Below, piece after piece: positions 21,466 to 31,241 of a stretch of DNA of 64,000 bases; the first letter of the stretch is position 1, and every line of letters begins with the position of its first letter. The notes below the pieces were generated by a model. It was not told the DNA's origin and ran no database searches. It saw only the letters and a program-made list of their open reading frames with translations. Origin of the DNA: an uncultured bacterium (GTDB lineage: Bacteria > CSSED10-310 > CAZUFC01); assembly GCA_964619725.1 (NCBI GenBank), contig CAZUFC010000022.1, positions 1 through 64,000 of the forward strand. Reading direction: 5' to 3'. A program made the translations under genes and the position numbers.

Positions 21466-23994
21466 TTGAAAATAGAGGATTACATCCTGGTGCAGGCTGC
21501 AGGCGCTATTCGAGACGCTATTGCTGAAACGGGCGGAAATGAAGTTTTCTTTGTGGGGAACTTCGATTCGACGCAGAAAATAGCGGAAGTTGAAACCATT
21601 TGCCGGGGCGGAAGAACCGCCGTGCCTGTAATAATGGAGTCGGCGGCGAAAGCGGATGCCGTCATACATAATCATCCCAGCGGAGAGTTGCAGCCTTCCC
21701 GAAACGATATCAGCATAGCTTCTCAACTGGGCCAGGACGGCATAGGCTTTTATATCGTCGATAATGCGGCGGAGAATATTTACGTGGTCGTGGAACCCGT
21801 CACGACCCGCAAAAAGGAAAAACTGGATACACCAATGCTGCTGCAATGCCTGACGCGAGAAGGCAAAGTGGGTTCGCGCCTGGCGGGTTTCGAACCCCGG
21901 CCTGAACAGCGCCGCATGATCGAAGCCATAGTCGATGCCTTCAACATGGACTCTATCGCTATGATCGAAGCGGGAACAGGAACGGGAAAATCGCTGGCTT
22001 ATCTCATTCCATCGGTCTACTGGACGCATCTCAATCGCGAACGCTGCGTCGTATCCACAAATACCATCAATCTTCAGCAGCAGCTCTTCATGAAAGATTT
22101 GCCCTTTCTGAACAAAGCCCTGGACATGAAAACGAAATTCGTCCTGGTGAAAGGACGCTCCAATTATCTCTGCCTCCAAAAGCTCGCCGCAGCAGCTTCC
22201 AATCCCGAATCGCTGCTTGAAGAAGCGGACATACCGGCTTTCAACAAAGTCCTGGAATGGGCTCATAAAACCAATGACGGCTCCCGCTCGGACATCCCCT
22301 TTCAACCAACAAAAAGACTATGGGACCAGCTCTGTTGCGACAGCGACACATGCCTGGGCCTCAAATGCCCCGATCAGAAAAAATGCTTCCTCAGACGCGC
22401 CAGAAATGAAGCCCTCACTGCCGATATACTCGTCGTCAACCATCATATCCTCTTCGCTGACCTCTCTATCAGAATGGCTACGGAAAATTTCGGCGCTTCC
22501 GTCCTCCTGCCCAACTATAAAAGGGTCATTATCGACGAAGCCCACAACATCGAGGATGCCGCCGCATCCTATTTCGGCTTCAGAGTCACTCACCTGGGAC
22601 TGAAAAGGCTGTTTCACCAGTTCTATCGCCTTAAAAAAAACGGAAAAGAAAGCGGCTTGCTCTCTCACCTCTCCTTTAAACTCAGAAAAACCAAACTAAA
22701 AAATCAATTTGAAGATGTCTTCCGACATGATCTTCAACCACGCTTCGTCAATCTGGACGATCAGCTCGATCATGCCTTCGACTTATTTCTGAAATACCTC
22801 AAAGAAAACGGAAAACCAGGCGATAATGAACTTAAATTAAGACTTATCCCGGACAAAATCAGAGAATCCGATTGGAAAAATAAAATTCAGGAACCCTTCG
22901 AACAGCTCCTCTCCATGATGATCAGCATTCTAAATGCCTGTAAAAACATAAATAAAATACTTAAAAAAGTGCAGAGTGAAGTAATTGAATTTGAAGCGCT
23001 GCAATTCCGATCTCTCACCAGTCGCATGAATGAACGAATAACATCGCTTAAAACCTTGCTCGATTTTGAGGAGGACGAATCCGGCCTGGTCCGATGGTTT
23101 GAAGGTCGACCCTATTCCAAAACAAAATTTGCGGCGCTTAACGGCGCTCCCCTGGAAATAGGTCCCATCCTTAAAAATTGCCTATATGATAACTTTTCCA
23201 CAGTGGTTTATACCTCAGCCACTCTATCCACAGGCGATCAATTCGAATACATGAAAAAAAGACTGGGACTGAACCTGCTCCAGGATAGAAAAACCGAACT
23301 GCTGGAACTACCCTCATCCTTCGACTTTAAAAATCAGGCCATGGTCTGCGTCCCCATCGATATGCCCGATCCCAACAGTCCGCAATTCAGCGCCCAGGTC
23401 GCCGAAGCATGCTTTAAAATCCTTGAACTGACTAAAGGACGAGCCTTCATCCTTTTTACCTCATACAGGCTCCTCTACAAAACTTTCTACGCACTAGAAA
23501 AATCACTCCTCAAAATGAACATCACACCGCTCAGACAGGGCGCAGACGACAGACATCGCCTCCTCGACCGGTTCAAAAAAGATGTCTCATCTACTCTCTT
23601 CGGTACAGACAGCTTCTGGGAAGGCGTCGATGCACCCGGAAGAACACTCGAATGCGTCATTCTCACCAAACTGCCATTCCGCGTACCCTCAGAACCCATT
23701 ATCGAAGCACGCGTCGAAGATATTGAAAAAAAAGGCGGAAACCCCTTTATGGAATTTACCGTTCCACAGGCAGTACTCAAATTCAGACAAGGATTCGGAA
23801 GACTCATACGCTCAAAAAACGATCGCGGCATTATCGCCATTTTCGATAAAAGAATTAAAACTAAATTCTACGGCGCTCGCTTCATAGACTCTTTACCCCC
23901 CTGCAATATCGTCGCTGAACCCATGGACTCCATCCTTAAATATATCGACAGGTTCCTCAATAAACGGCTCACCTCAAACTCGTCCGACGATTAA
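21466..23994 (+). CDS. dinG: DinG/YoaA-family Fe-S helicase with N-terminal JAB/MPN (RadC-like) domain
   Basis: IHNHPSGELQPSRND (JAMM motif), EAGTGTGKS, KGRSNYLC, Cys cluster, IIDEAH, SFWEGVD, QGFGRLIR. Confidence 0.88.
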   Translation: MKIEDYILVQAAGAIRDAIAETGGNEVFFVGNFDSTQKIAEVETICRGGRTAVPVIMESAAKADAVIHNHPSGELQPSRNDISIASQLGQDGIGFYIVDNAAENIYVVVEPVTTRKKEKLDTPMLLQCLTREGKVGSRLAGFEPRPEQRRMIEAIVDAFNMDSIAMIEAGTGTGKSLAYLIPSVYWTHLNRERCVVSTNTINLQQQLFMKDLPFLNKALDMKTKFVLVKGRSNYLCLQKLAAAASNPESLLEEADIPAFNKVLEWAHKTNDGSRSDIPFQPTKRLWDQLCCDSDTCLGLKCPDQKKCFLRRARNEALTADILVVNHHILFADLSIRMATENFGASVLLPNYKRVIIDEAHNIEDAAASYFGFRVTHLGLKRLFHQFYRLKKNGKESGLLSHLSFKLRKTKLKNQFEDVFRHDLQPRFVNLDDQLDHAFDLFLKYLKENGKPGDNELKLRLIPDKIRESDWKNKIQEPFEQLLSMMISILNACKNINKILKKVQSEVIEFEALQFRSLTSRMNERITSLKTLLDFEEDESGLVRWFEGRPYSKTKFAALNGAPLEIGPILKNCLYDNFSTVVYTSATLSTGDQFEYMKKRLGLNLLQDRKTELLELPSSFDFKNQAMVCVPIDMPDPNSPQFSAQVAEACFKILELTKGRAFILFTSYRLLYKTFYALEKSLLKMNITPLRQGADDRHRLLDRFKKDVSSTLFGTDSFWEGVDAPGRTLECVILTKLPFRVPSEPIIEARVEDIEKKGGNPFMEFTVPQAVLKFRQGFGRLIRSKNDRGIIAIFDKRIKTKFYGARFIDSLPPCNIVAEPMDSILKYIDRFLNKRLTSNSSDD

Positions 23995-24363
23995 AAACTT
24001 GAAAGACACAATAATCCGTCAATGGGCCGGCGCCCGTCCTATTAAGTCGATCAATGCTCTATTTCACTTTTCGTCGCTCACGTTCCTGAAAGCCCCCTCA
24101 TCCCGGATTCTTCGCAACTTCGATATTCTCCTGCGGCGCTTTTCCGTTTAAACTATTACGATTGTTTAAATGAGGGTTTACTTTTTGGCTGATCGCTTCT
24201 TCGCTTATCCGTAATAATCCGGGGTATCCGTTGCCGCGGAATCTTTGCAATCGTTTCCAATAATTCCGGTTTTTGATCGTCGCCAGACCTTTTTTATCGG
24301 GCATGAACAAATATATTTTCTTGAAATCGTAAATTTTTTTTTCAAAAATTTTAGTTTTTCATG

Positions 24364-24391
24364 TTGACAGCCTGCAAAAATATGGTAGGAT
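24364..24391 (+). promoter_or_regulatory. Sigma70-type promoter
   Basis: TTGACA-N16-TAGGAT ahead of RBS GGGAG and ATG 24426. Confidence 0.55.
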
Positions 24392-24425
24392 TAAAGGTAG
24401 ACAGAAGAAGGGAGATTGATTATTA

Positions 24426-24815
24426 ATGACCGAAAGGGGAATTAAGGGCGCAAATTTCAAGGATTTGTTTCTGGGTCGGTTGCGGAAGCAGCCGATATTG
24501 CCGGTTCAGACGGACGACGAGAGTTTAGGATTTATCATAATAATGAAGATGTATCCTGAGGTTACGATAGTACCCAAGCCTTGGTTGGATTTGCCGGATA
24601 ACGGAGCGCTGGCTGATTTTTTACAGGGATTCCATTTCAGGGAAGCGGGCACGCCGGAGAAAACAGACGGCGGCTTAAAGTTTTACATTGATCTGGAACC
24701 GATGAACGACAGCCGGAAAAGGTACCGGATGCATCTCCGCAGGTGGACGCATATACTGGCGTCCGGAGCGGAAAAGGAGAAGGAACGACAAAGATTATTT
24801 ACGGGTACGGGATAA
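24426..24815 (+). CDS. Hypothetical protein (129 aa)
   Basis: Own promoter, RBS and downstream terminator; no recognised motif. Confidence 0.65.
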   Translation: MTERGIKGANFKDLFLGRLRKQPILPVQTDDESLGFIIIMKMYPEVTIVPKPWLDLPDNGALADFLQGFHFREAGTPEKTDGGLKFYIDLEPMNDSRKRYRMHLRRWTHILASGAEKEKERQRLFTGTG

Positions 24816-24872
24816 CTTCCGGCCTTAAAGTTTTGATCCCTCATTCTCCCCGAATACCCCCATTCTTGCCTT

Positions 24873-24910
24873 GGCCCGGAGTCGCGGGGAGTCGGCTCCG
24901 GGTAATTTTT
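24873..24910 (+). terminator. Intrinsic terminator
   Basis: CCCGGAGTCG/CGGCTCCGGG stem followed by TAATTTTT. Confidence 0.6.
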
Positions 24911-25104
24911 CAATAATTTAATTTTTGACCGTTCTGAGCAAGGCTGAATTGATCAAGCGGGTTGCTTTTGCCGGAGGAATGCTATACATTACTTTCTGCG
25001 TTCCGGCGGTATGAAGGATTGAGAGGGTATAGGCAGGAGGGTTATGGATACGGTCGGAGACACGACGGAATTTCAATGTAATTCATAAGCAACGGGAGAG
25101 TCTT

Positions 25105-25830
25105 ATGAAGAAACTGCTTATCGGATGCAGCGTAGTATTTTTAATAATAGCCGTATTGATGTTTGCCGGCGGTTATTATGGGTATAAGAAGGTTTTAGAG
25201 CCGATTTACACGACGAGTAAGATTTTAGTGGAATCGTATGAGAGGGTGAATGAGGATTTTCCGTTTGAGCGTCCGGCATCCGGTTTGATGGAGGAAGGGC
25301 GCTATGAGAAGTTTTTGTCGGTCAGGAATGCGTTGGCCGAATCGGGGAGGAAAATGCTTGAACGTCTGGAGGAGCTTGATTCGGCTGAAGGGGAGGTTTC
25401 TTTCATTGATAAATTGAAGCAGGCCAAGGGGTTGTTCGAGGCGATCCGTGATCTGGGCATGAATCATGTGGAGCAACTGCGTCAGGAGGGTATGTCGGCG
25501 AAGGAATACGTCTGGCATGCCCGGGTGCAACTGGCAACCATCATTCATGCAGCGGAGGAAGGCCGTTTACAGGAGGAAGCGCCGGAGGCTGCGTCGCTGG
25601 TCGAATTCATCAACAGCTCTTCGAAAAGGTTGGAAAATTTGTCGCAGCAGGGGCAGGGAGATTTGGATATAAAAGTAAACGGCGGAAAACAATGGTCTCA
25701 GAACCTGCGGCTGGAAGAGATACCTTTACAGGACGAAAATCTGGAATTAATCGTGAAATACCAGGATGAAGTGACGCGCTACAAGAACGCTTTTATTGCA
25801 GACATGTTTGTCGCGGGTTTCGTCAACTGA
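25105..25830 (+). CDS. Hypothetical N-terminally membrane-anchored helical protein
   Basis: MKKLLIGCSVVFLIIAVLMFAGGYYGYKK anchor; RBS GGGAG. Confidence 0.75.
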   Translation: MKKLLIGCSVVFLIIAVLMFAGGYYGYKKVLEPIYTTSKILVESYERVNEDFPFERPASGLMEEGRYEKFLSVRNALAESGRKMLERLEELDSAEGEVSFIDKLKQAKGLFEAIRDLGMNHVEQLRQEGMSAKEYVWHARVQLATIIHAAEEGRLQEEAPEAASLVEFINSSSKRLENLSQQGQGDLDIKVNGGKQWSQNLRLEEIPLQDENLELIVKYQDEVTRYKNAFIADMFVAGFVN

Positions 25831-25982
25831 AAAGAGACAATACTGCACTGACAAAAAAAAGATAGATTATTCGTTACCACGCCTTTATTTAGTTTTTGTC
25901 CAAAAACCGCAGTGCCTGTCCAGCATTAAATTTTGAATTGAGATTCGAGTTTGTGTACAGGCGCTATTTAATCTGGCGCTTG

Positions 25983-27359
25983 TTAATCATCGCTGTAGGA
26001 AAATTCTACGGACGAGACGTTGCTGACCAGAGCTGTTCCCCTTTCGTTGGTTAGTCCTGCGTGAAAGCAGAGATTTTCTGCATTTCCTGATCCGGGAGGC
26101 CACATGAATTCGAGTATGTTTTCCGAGAGGGACTGGTTCGGCGTCAGCGTCCTTTGCATCCAGACGGCTTCGGTATGCCAGGAAGGATGAAAAAAGATGG
26201 TTCCGTATACGTCCAGGAGTATGAACTGCAGAACGGTTCTGGGTTGGATGTCATTAATCAGAGAGAAACGGAGCCGGAAAAGACTGTATGGTTTGAAGTG
26301 ATTATCATTGAGCATGAGGTTTACGCGGGGTCCGTTTGGAGTAGGTGAAGGGATAAAGGTTGGGGAAGGAACAAAAGTGGCGGTAGGCGGTGAAGGAGGA
26401 GAGGAAGGTGAGGGTACGGGCGTGCAGAAAGGAGTCGGACTGAGAAACGCTGTGGGCGTCAGAGACGGCGTTGGCGAGACGTTCACTTGAAAAGCTTTCA
26501 TCACAGCCATGTGTTGCATGCCCTGGACGTGCGAATCGCCGTACTGAATGGGGTAAACTTCATCCAAAGGAGTATAAACCCAACTGTCGAACACCAGGCC
26601 GTTTTCGAATATGTTCGACTCGATGATCAAGTCTGTGTGAACGGAGTCGAATGAATCGTTTGGAATCACCCAATCATAATGTTTCGTGCGTGGTTCGCTG
26701 GTGTTATGGTTGCCGTCCTGATCTTCCGGAATATGCTCGAAAACCGACAGAAATTCATCAAACAAGTCCAGGCATGATTCGGAATAAGTGGAAGTATTCA
26801 AATCGCCGCCTACGACAATATATTCTTCGGAGTTGAAATTGAGTTCGATCAAATTCTTGAGGACTGCCGTTTGATTATAACGCGTACCCGCATCCCCTGA
26901 TGATGCTTTCAGATGAACGCTGACTGCCTGAAGCTCAATGTCGCCCGGTATATCGATGATCGCCCATACGAAATCACGGTCGCTGACATAAGGGTCCTCC
27001 CACTCCCCATGCGAAAGAAAACGAAAACGGCTTACGATGCCGTTTGGAATCGATTCGCCGCCGCCTTCTACACAATAATGAAATTCGGGACCGAACGCTT
27101 CATCCACTAAATCACGTAGCGTCCCATCTTCATAGTTGAATTCCTGGATAAGAACAATGTCAGGCTCCAATCCCTGAAAAATCCGAATCCCCTCATCCTC
27201 ATAAGCCTGATGGTCGCCGCTTGTGATGTTAGCACTCATAATTCGTATGACCTGCTCTTCATTAACGGCAAGCGAATCCCCGGCGGAAAAAGGCGCTATG
27301 CCTGTCCCAATCAGAAAAACAAAAACAGTTGATACTGTGACATTTTTGATGAATCTCAT
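25983..27359 (-). CDS. Secreted endonuclease/exonuclease/phosphatase (EEP) with Pro/Thr linker and shared C-terminal domain
   Basis: Signal peptide, IMSANI, DIVLIQE, SVHLK, GGDLN, YDWV, DSH..QH.AV; PT-rich linker; C-terminal domain homologous to those at 43221-43607 and 55884-56226. Confidence 0.88.
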   Translation of the reverse strand: MRFIKNVTVSTVFVFLIGTGIAPFSAGDSLAVNEEQVIRIMSANITSGDHQAYEDEGIRIFQGLEPDIVLIQEFNYEDGTLRDLVDEAFGPEFHYCVEGGGESIPNGIVSRFRFLSHGEWEDPYVSDRDFVWAIIDIPGDIELQAVSVHLKASSGDAGTRYNQTAVLKNLIELNFNSEEYIVVGGDLNTSTYSESCLDLFDEFLSVFEHIPEDQDGNHNTSEPRTKHYDWVIPNDSFDSVHTDLIIESNIFENGLVFDSWVYTPLDEVYPIQYGDSHVQGMQHMAVMKAFQVNVSPTPSLTPTAFLSPTPFCTPVPSPSSPPSPPTATFVPSPTFIPSPTPNGPRVNLMLNDNHFKPYSLFRLRFSLINDIQPRTVLQFILLDVYGTIFFHPSWHTEAVWMQRTLTPNQSLSENILEFMWPPGSGNAENLCFHAGLTNERGTALVSNVSSVEFSYSDD

Positions 27360-27640
27360 TTTTTCTCCAAAATATATTTGTATTTCAGGCGCTGAATGCG
27401 CCCCCCTTTTAATTCTATTTTATACGGAACCTTTTCGCAAAAATTTATTTTGACCAAGCCCGAAGACAGACGATAATCATCTCTACCCTCGGCCGAAAAA
27501 AAACAAAATTCAACTGGCAATTAAACCCTCCCTTCGGTCTTTGATGTCCTTTGCGTCCCTTTCCATGATCTAAAAAAAACATTGATCAAAAATGCGTATT
27601 TTGGAGTTACAATTCTTCCGAATATCCCAGCATTTTGTTT

Positions 27641-27676
27641 CGATTGCGATTTCGATCCCGATACCTACCCCGATTA
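27641..27676. repeat. Degenerate CGATNN hexamer array (related array on the opposite strand at about 46787-46810)
   Basis: CGATTG CGATTT CGATCC CGATAC CTACCC CGATTA. Confidence 0.5.
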
Positions 27677-27872
27677 GAGAAACAAAATGTCAAAAACTTT
27701 GAAAGAAGCGTAACCCCGGTATGATCAGTCCCCAAAAAATAAAAGGCTTATCCGGCCTCACAAAAATTAGTTTCCTGCTTCACGAAAGGGAGGAAATGCG
27801 GCGTTTCGAACTTGAAACTTTCTTTTCAAAGTCGTTATACTGTCGTGAGCATGCGTATTCGGAGGGCATCTG

Positions 27873-28700
27873 TTGAAAGGCATAAGCGAATTTGATTACA
27901 AATGGCATGAGTCCCGTGAAGCGTTGGGAACGTATGAGCGACTGGCGGAGTTGACCGTTGCGGACATACCGTGGGTATCGGCTTTGATTATAGAAACGGA
28001 AAGCGGGCGTCGGACGGGAAGCAGAATGGTCATGCCGTTGACGGAGGACCCTGAGCGAAGGCGTGGCGATCCGTTCATTTATGATTGTATAATGAAGGCC
28101 AGGCGTGCTTATTACGAAGAAGAGCCTGTGCTTGAGGAATATAATTATCGGGGCGAGAGGATCAGCGTTTTTTTTGAACCCTTTTCGAGGCGCAAGCGGC
28201 TTATCATATTGGGCGCCGGTCATATCAGCCGGGTTTTAAGTTTAACGGCGAGTCTGGCGGGTTTTCGGGTGACTGTGATGGATGACCGTGAAGAGTTCGT
28301 TCGGCCGGAGTATTTTCCTCATGCAGACGAATTAATGTTGGAAGATTTCAGGACAGGCATACGAAAGATCGAATCGGACGGGGACAGTTACTGGGTGGTT
28401 GCGACTCGGGGGCATCAGAGCGACGAGGAGTGTCTTGAGGAGTGCATGTTGAAGGATATTTATGCTTATATTGGACTGTTGTCGAGCCGTAACAAGGGAA
28501 TAAAAATACGAGAGCGGCTGGAATCGCGCGGGATACCGAAAGAGAAGACGGCGGAGCTTCATTCGCCCATAGGATTGGAGATAGGCTCGCAAACGCCTGA
28601 AGAGATTGCTGTCAGCATCACTGCGGAACTCATCCGCGAGCGAAGCAGCCGCCGGAGAAAATACGGGAATCAGAAAAAGATAAAGACAGGGAAGGAATAG
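27873..28700 (+). CDS. xdhC: XdhC/CoxF-family molybdenum cofactor insertion protein
   Basis: LIILGAGHI, VMDDREEF, VATRGHQSD, YIGLLSSR, SPIGLEIGSQTPEEIAVSI. Confidence 0.9.
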   Translation: MKGISEFDYKWHESREALGTYERLAELTVADIPWVSALIIETESGRRTGSRMVMPLTEDPERRRGDPFIYDCIMKARRAYYEEEPVLEEYNYRGERISVFFEPFSRRKRLIILGAGHISRVLSLTASLAGFRVTVMDDREEFVRPEYFPHADELMLEDFRTGIRKIESDGDSYWVVATRGHQSDEECLEECMLKDIYAYIGLLSSRNKGIKIRERLESRGIPKEKTAELHSPIGLEIGSQTPEEIAVSITAELIRERSSRRRKYGNQKKIKTGKE

Positions 28701-28703
28701 AAC

Positions 28704-29549
28704 ATGAAATATTATGCACCGTCAACGATTGAGGAAGCATTGGAATTAAAGGAAAAATTCAGGGAGGAGGTTGTTCCGGCTGCTGGAGGCACTGATTTGA
28801 TGGTGCAATGGTTTGAGCGGCTGAACGATCTGAAGCGGGTGATGAGTTTGAACCGGGTCGCCGGTTTAGAGGTGATAGAGCGACAGGGCGATTTTATAAA
28901 TTTAGGGTCTATGGCGACTTTTTCGGAATTAATCCGTTCGCCTCTCATGCAGGAATCAGCGCCTCTTTTGGTGGAGGCCGTTAAGACTGTCGGTTCAGAG
29001 CAGATTCGCAACCGCGGGACCATCGGCGGCAATATAATGAATGCTTCTCCTTCGGCGGACGGCGTGCCGGCTCTAATAGCGTTGAGAGCAGGAGTGGAAC
29101 TTAGTTCGCTGTCAGGCGGACGAAAATTTTTGCTGGAAGAACTTTTTACAGGGCCGGGAAAAACTCGGATCGCCTCCAACGAAATATTGAATTCGATTAA
29201 TTTCAAAGTCCAGAGCGATGATGCGCTTTACTTCTATGAAAAGCTCGGACAGCGCAAGGCATTGGCTTGCGCCAAGGTGACGGTGACGTTCCTCGCTGAT
29301 ATGGCAGCGGGAAAAATGAAGAACGTTTCTCTAGTTCTGGGAGCAGTGGGTCCGACCATCATGAGGGCGGAAGGCGCTGAGAAGATACTGGAGGGTGAAG
29401 GTCCATCGGTAAGTATTTTCAAAGAGGCGGCCAGGGCTGCTTCGGAATGTTGCACCCCCATATCAGACGTCAGATCGACCAGGGAATACCGGACGGACAT
29501 GGTGGAATCGCTTTTAATGAAAGGGTATTACAGGTGCGTAAAAGGATGA
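28704..29549 (+). CDS. FAD-binding (medium) subunit of a xanthine dehydrogenase-family molybdenum hydroxylase
   Basis: AGGTDL, QIRNRGTIGGNIMNASPSAD, PISDVRSTREYR. Confidence 0.92.
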   Translation: MKYYAPSTIEEALELKEKFREEVVPAAGGTDLMVQWFERLNDLKRVMSLNRVAGLEVIERQGDFINLGSMATFSELIRSPLMQESAPLLVEAVKTVGSEQIRNRGTIGGNIMNASPSADGVPALIALRAGVELSSLSGGRKFLLEELFTGPGKTRIASNEILNSINFKVQSDDALYFYEKLGQRKALACAKVTVTFLADMAAGKMKNVSLVLGAVGPTIMRAEGAEKILEGEGPSVSIFKEAARAASECCTPISDVRSTREYRTDMVESLLMKGYYRCVKG

Positions 29550-30196
29550 TGGCGGGCGTCATATTGTCTGCCGGCAATTCGAAGCGCATGGGGTTTCCCA
29601 AGGCGCTGCTCGAATGGAGCGGGAAAACCTTTATCGACTTGCTTATCGAAAAATTCAAAGCGTGCGGAGTGGAAGAGCTGCGCATCGTTCTGGGAAAAAC
29701 CCATGAACGTCTCATCAGGAAAAAAGCCGAATTAAAAGATGTTGATATCGTGATCAATCCTGATCCTCAATCCGAAATGATCGATTCCCTTAAAGCAGCG
29801 CTGACCGATATGCCGGAAAATGCCGAGGCGGTCATGATGTCGCCGGTGGACAACCCGACGGTGCCAGTCAATATTATGAAAAAATTGATCGATGCTTTTC
29901 TGAAACACCGGCCGCTTATTTTAAAACCCAGGTTCAAGGACAGAGGCGGGCATCCCGTTATTTTTCATCATTCGTTAATTCCCGAATTTTTAGCTTTAAA
30001 TGACGGCGAAACGGCCCGAACGGTCTTCCGCCGGCATAAAAATGAAACAGAAGAACTTTTGGTGAATTCAGATACTATCTTAAATGATTTCGACACAGCG
30101 ATCGGATATGAGATCGGGCGTCGCAAGTATGAGCGAGGCATGAAGCCTGCAGTTGAGAATCAGAGTTCAAATTTATGGTTCAGGAGACTCGTATGA
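29546..30196 (+). CDS. mocA: MocA/YgfJ-like molybdenum cofactor cytidylyltransferase
   Basis: GVILSAGNSKRMGFPKALL, PVDNP, GGHPVIF, DFDT; ATG 29546 overlaps the upstream stop. Confidence 0.8.
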   Translation: MMAGVILSAGNSKRMGFPKALLEWSGKTFIDLLIEKFKACGVEELRIVLGKTHERLIRKKAELKDVDIVINPDPQSEMIDSLKAALTDMPENAEAVMMSPVDNPTVPVNIMKKLIDAFLKHRPLILKPRFKDRGGHPVIFHHSLIPEFLALNDGETARTVFRRHKNETEELLVNSDTILNDFDTAIGYEIGRRKYERGMKPAVENQSSNLWFRRLV

Positions 30197-31137
30197 ACAA
30201 AAAAGCAGTAATCGCAGTCGGCGGCAATTCGTTAATCAAAGACAGTTGTCATCAGTGCATCAATGATCAGTATACGGCTATTGCAGAAACCAGCGTACAT
30301 ATAGCAGAGATCGTTGAAGAAGGATATGAAGTAGTTCTGACTCATGGTAACGGCCCTCAGGTAGGGTTTATTTTATTACGTTCCGAACTTTCGAAACATG
30401 TCATTCATCCCGTACCGCTGGACTCTTGCGATGCGGATACGCAGGGAGCCATCGGATACGCGTTTCAACAAACGCTGGGCAATGAATTTTTGCGAAAGAA
30501 AATCGACAAGCCCGTCATTACGGTGATAACTCAGGTCGTAGTCGATAAAAACGACGAAGCTTTCAACAATCCCAGCAAGCCGATAGGACCTTTTTACAGC
30601 CTGGAAGATGCCGAGATGCATCGAAAAGAGGACAAATGGGATATTGTGGAAGATTCGGGCAGAGGCTACCGCCGCGTCGTTGCTTCTCCTTTTCCGCAGG
30701 AAATCGTTGAGGAATCCGTTATCACAGGACTGATCAACAGCGGCGTGGTCGTAATAGCGGTCGGAGGAGGCGGCATACCTGTAATCAGGAATCCGGACGG
30801 AACTCTCAAAGGCGTCGAAGCCGTCATTGACAAGGACCATGCTTCAAGCTTGCTGGCGAGTAATATTAAGGCTGATACCTTCATCATCTCTACTGCAGTG
30901 GAAAAGGTGTACCTTAATTACAGCTCATCTGATCAGAAAGCTTTAGATGAAATGACCGTCAAGGACGCAGAACGGTTCATCCGGCAAGGACATTTTAAAC
31001 CAGGGAGCATGCTGCCCAAAATCAAAGCTGCTGTCGCCTTTCTGAAAAACGGCGGACGACAGGTCATCATAACCAAGCCTGAAGCCCTCCTGTCGTCAGT
31101 CAAGGGCGAAACGGGCACCCGCATCGTAAGCGATTGA
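30193..31137 (+). CDS. arcC: Carbamate kinase
   Basis: AVGGNSL, THGNGPQVG, PSKPIG, RGYRRVVASP, EAVIDKD, GSMLPK. Confidence 0.95.
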   Translation: MNKKAVIAVGGNSLIKDSCHQCINDQYTAIAETSVHIAEIVEEGYEVVLTHGNGPQVGFILLRSELSKHVIHPVPLDSCDADTQGAIGYAFQQTLGNEFLRKKIDKPVITVITQVVVDKNDEAFNNPSKPIGPFYSLEDAEMHRKEDKWDIVEDSGRGYRRVVASPFPQEIVEESVITGLINSGVVVIAVGGGGIPVIRNPDGTLKGVEAVIDKDHASSLLASNIKADTFIISTAVEKVYLNYSSSDQKALDEMTVKDAERFIRQGHFKPGSMLPKIKAAVAFLKNGGRQVIITKPEALLSSVKGETGTRIVSD

Positions 31138-31241
31138 AAGAAAAACCGTTGTCTGGCCGCCCGGCAGCGCCCTGATCGGCCCTTTAACGACCTTATACCC
31201 GATTAGAAGGTTAAATAAAAATTGAATAAAGGAGCTTGAAA

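Noticed and set aside
21427-21468. dnaJ-dinG fusion via TGA recoding (same frame)
   Set aside because: Two TGA stops intervene and both proteins are complete
28698-28706. xdhC-FAD subunit fusion by TAG readthrough (TAG AAC ATG in frame)
   Set aside because: Both proteins are complete and the downstream gene has its own RBS; same frame is a 1-in-3 coincidence
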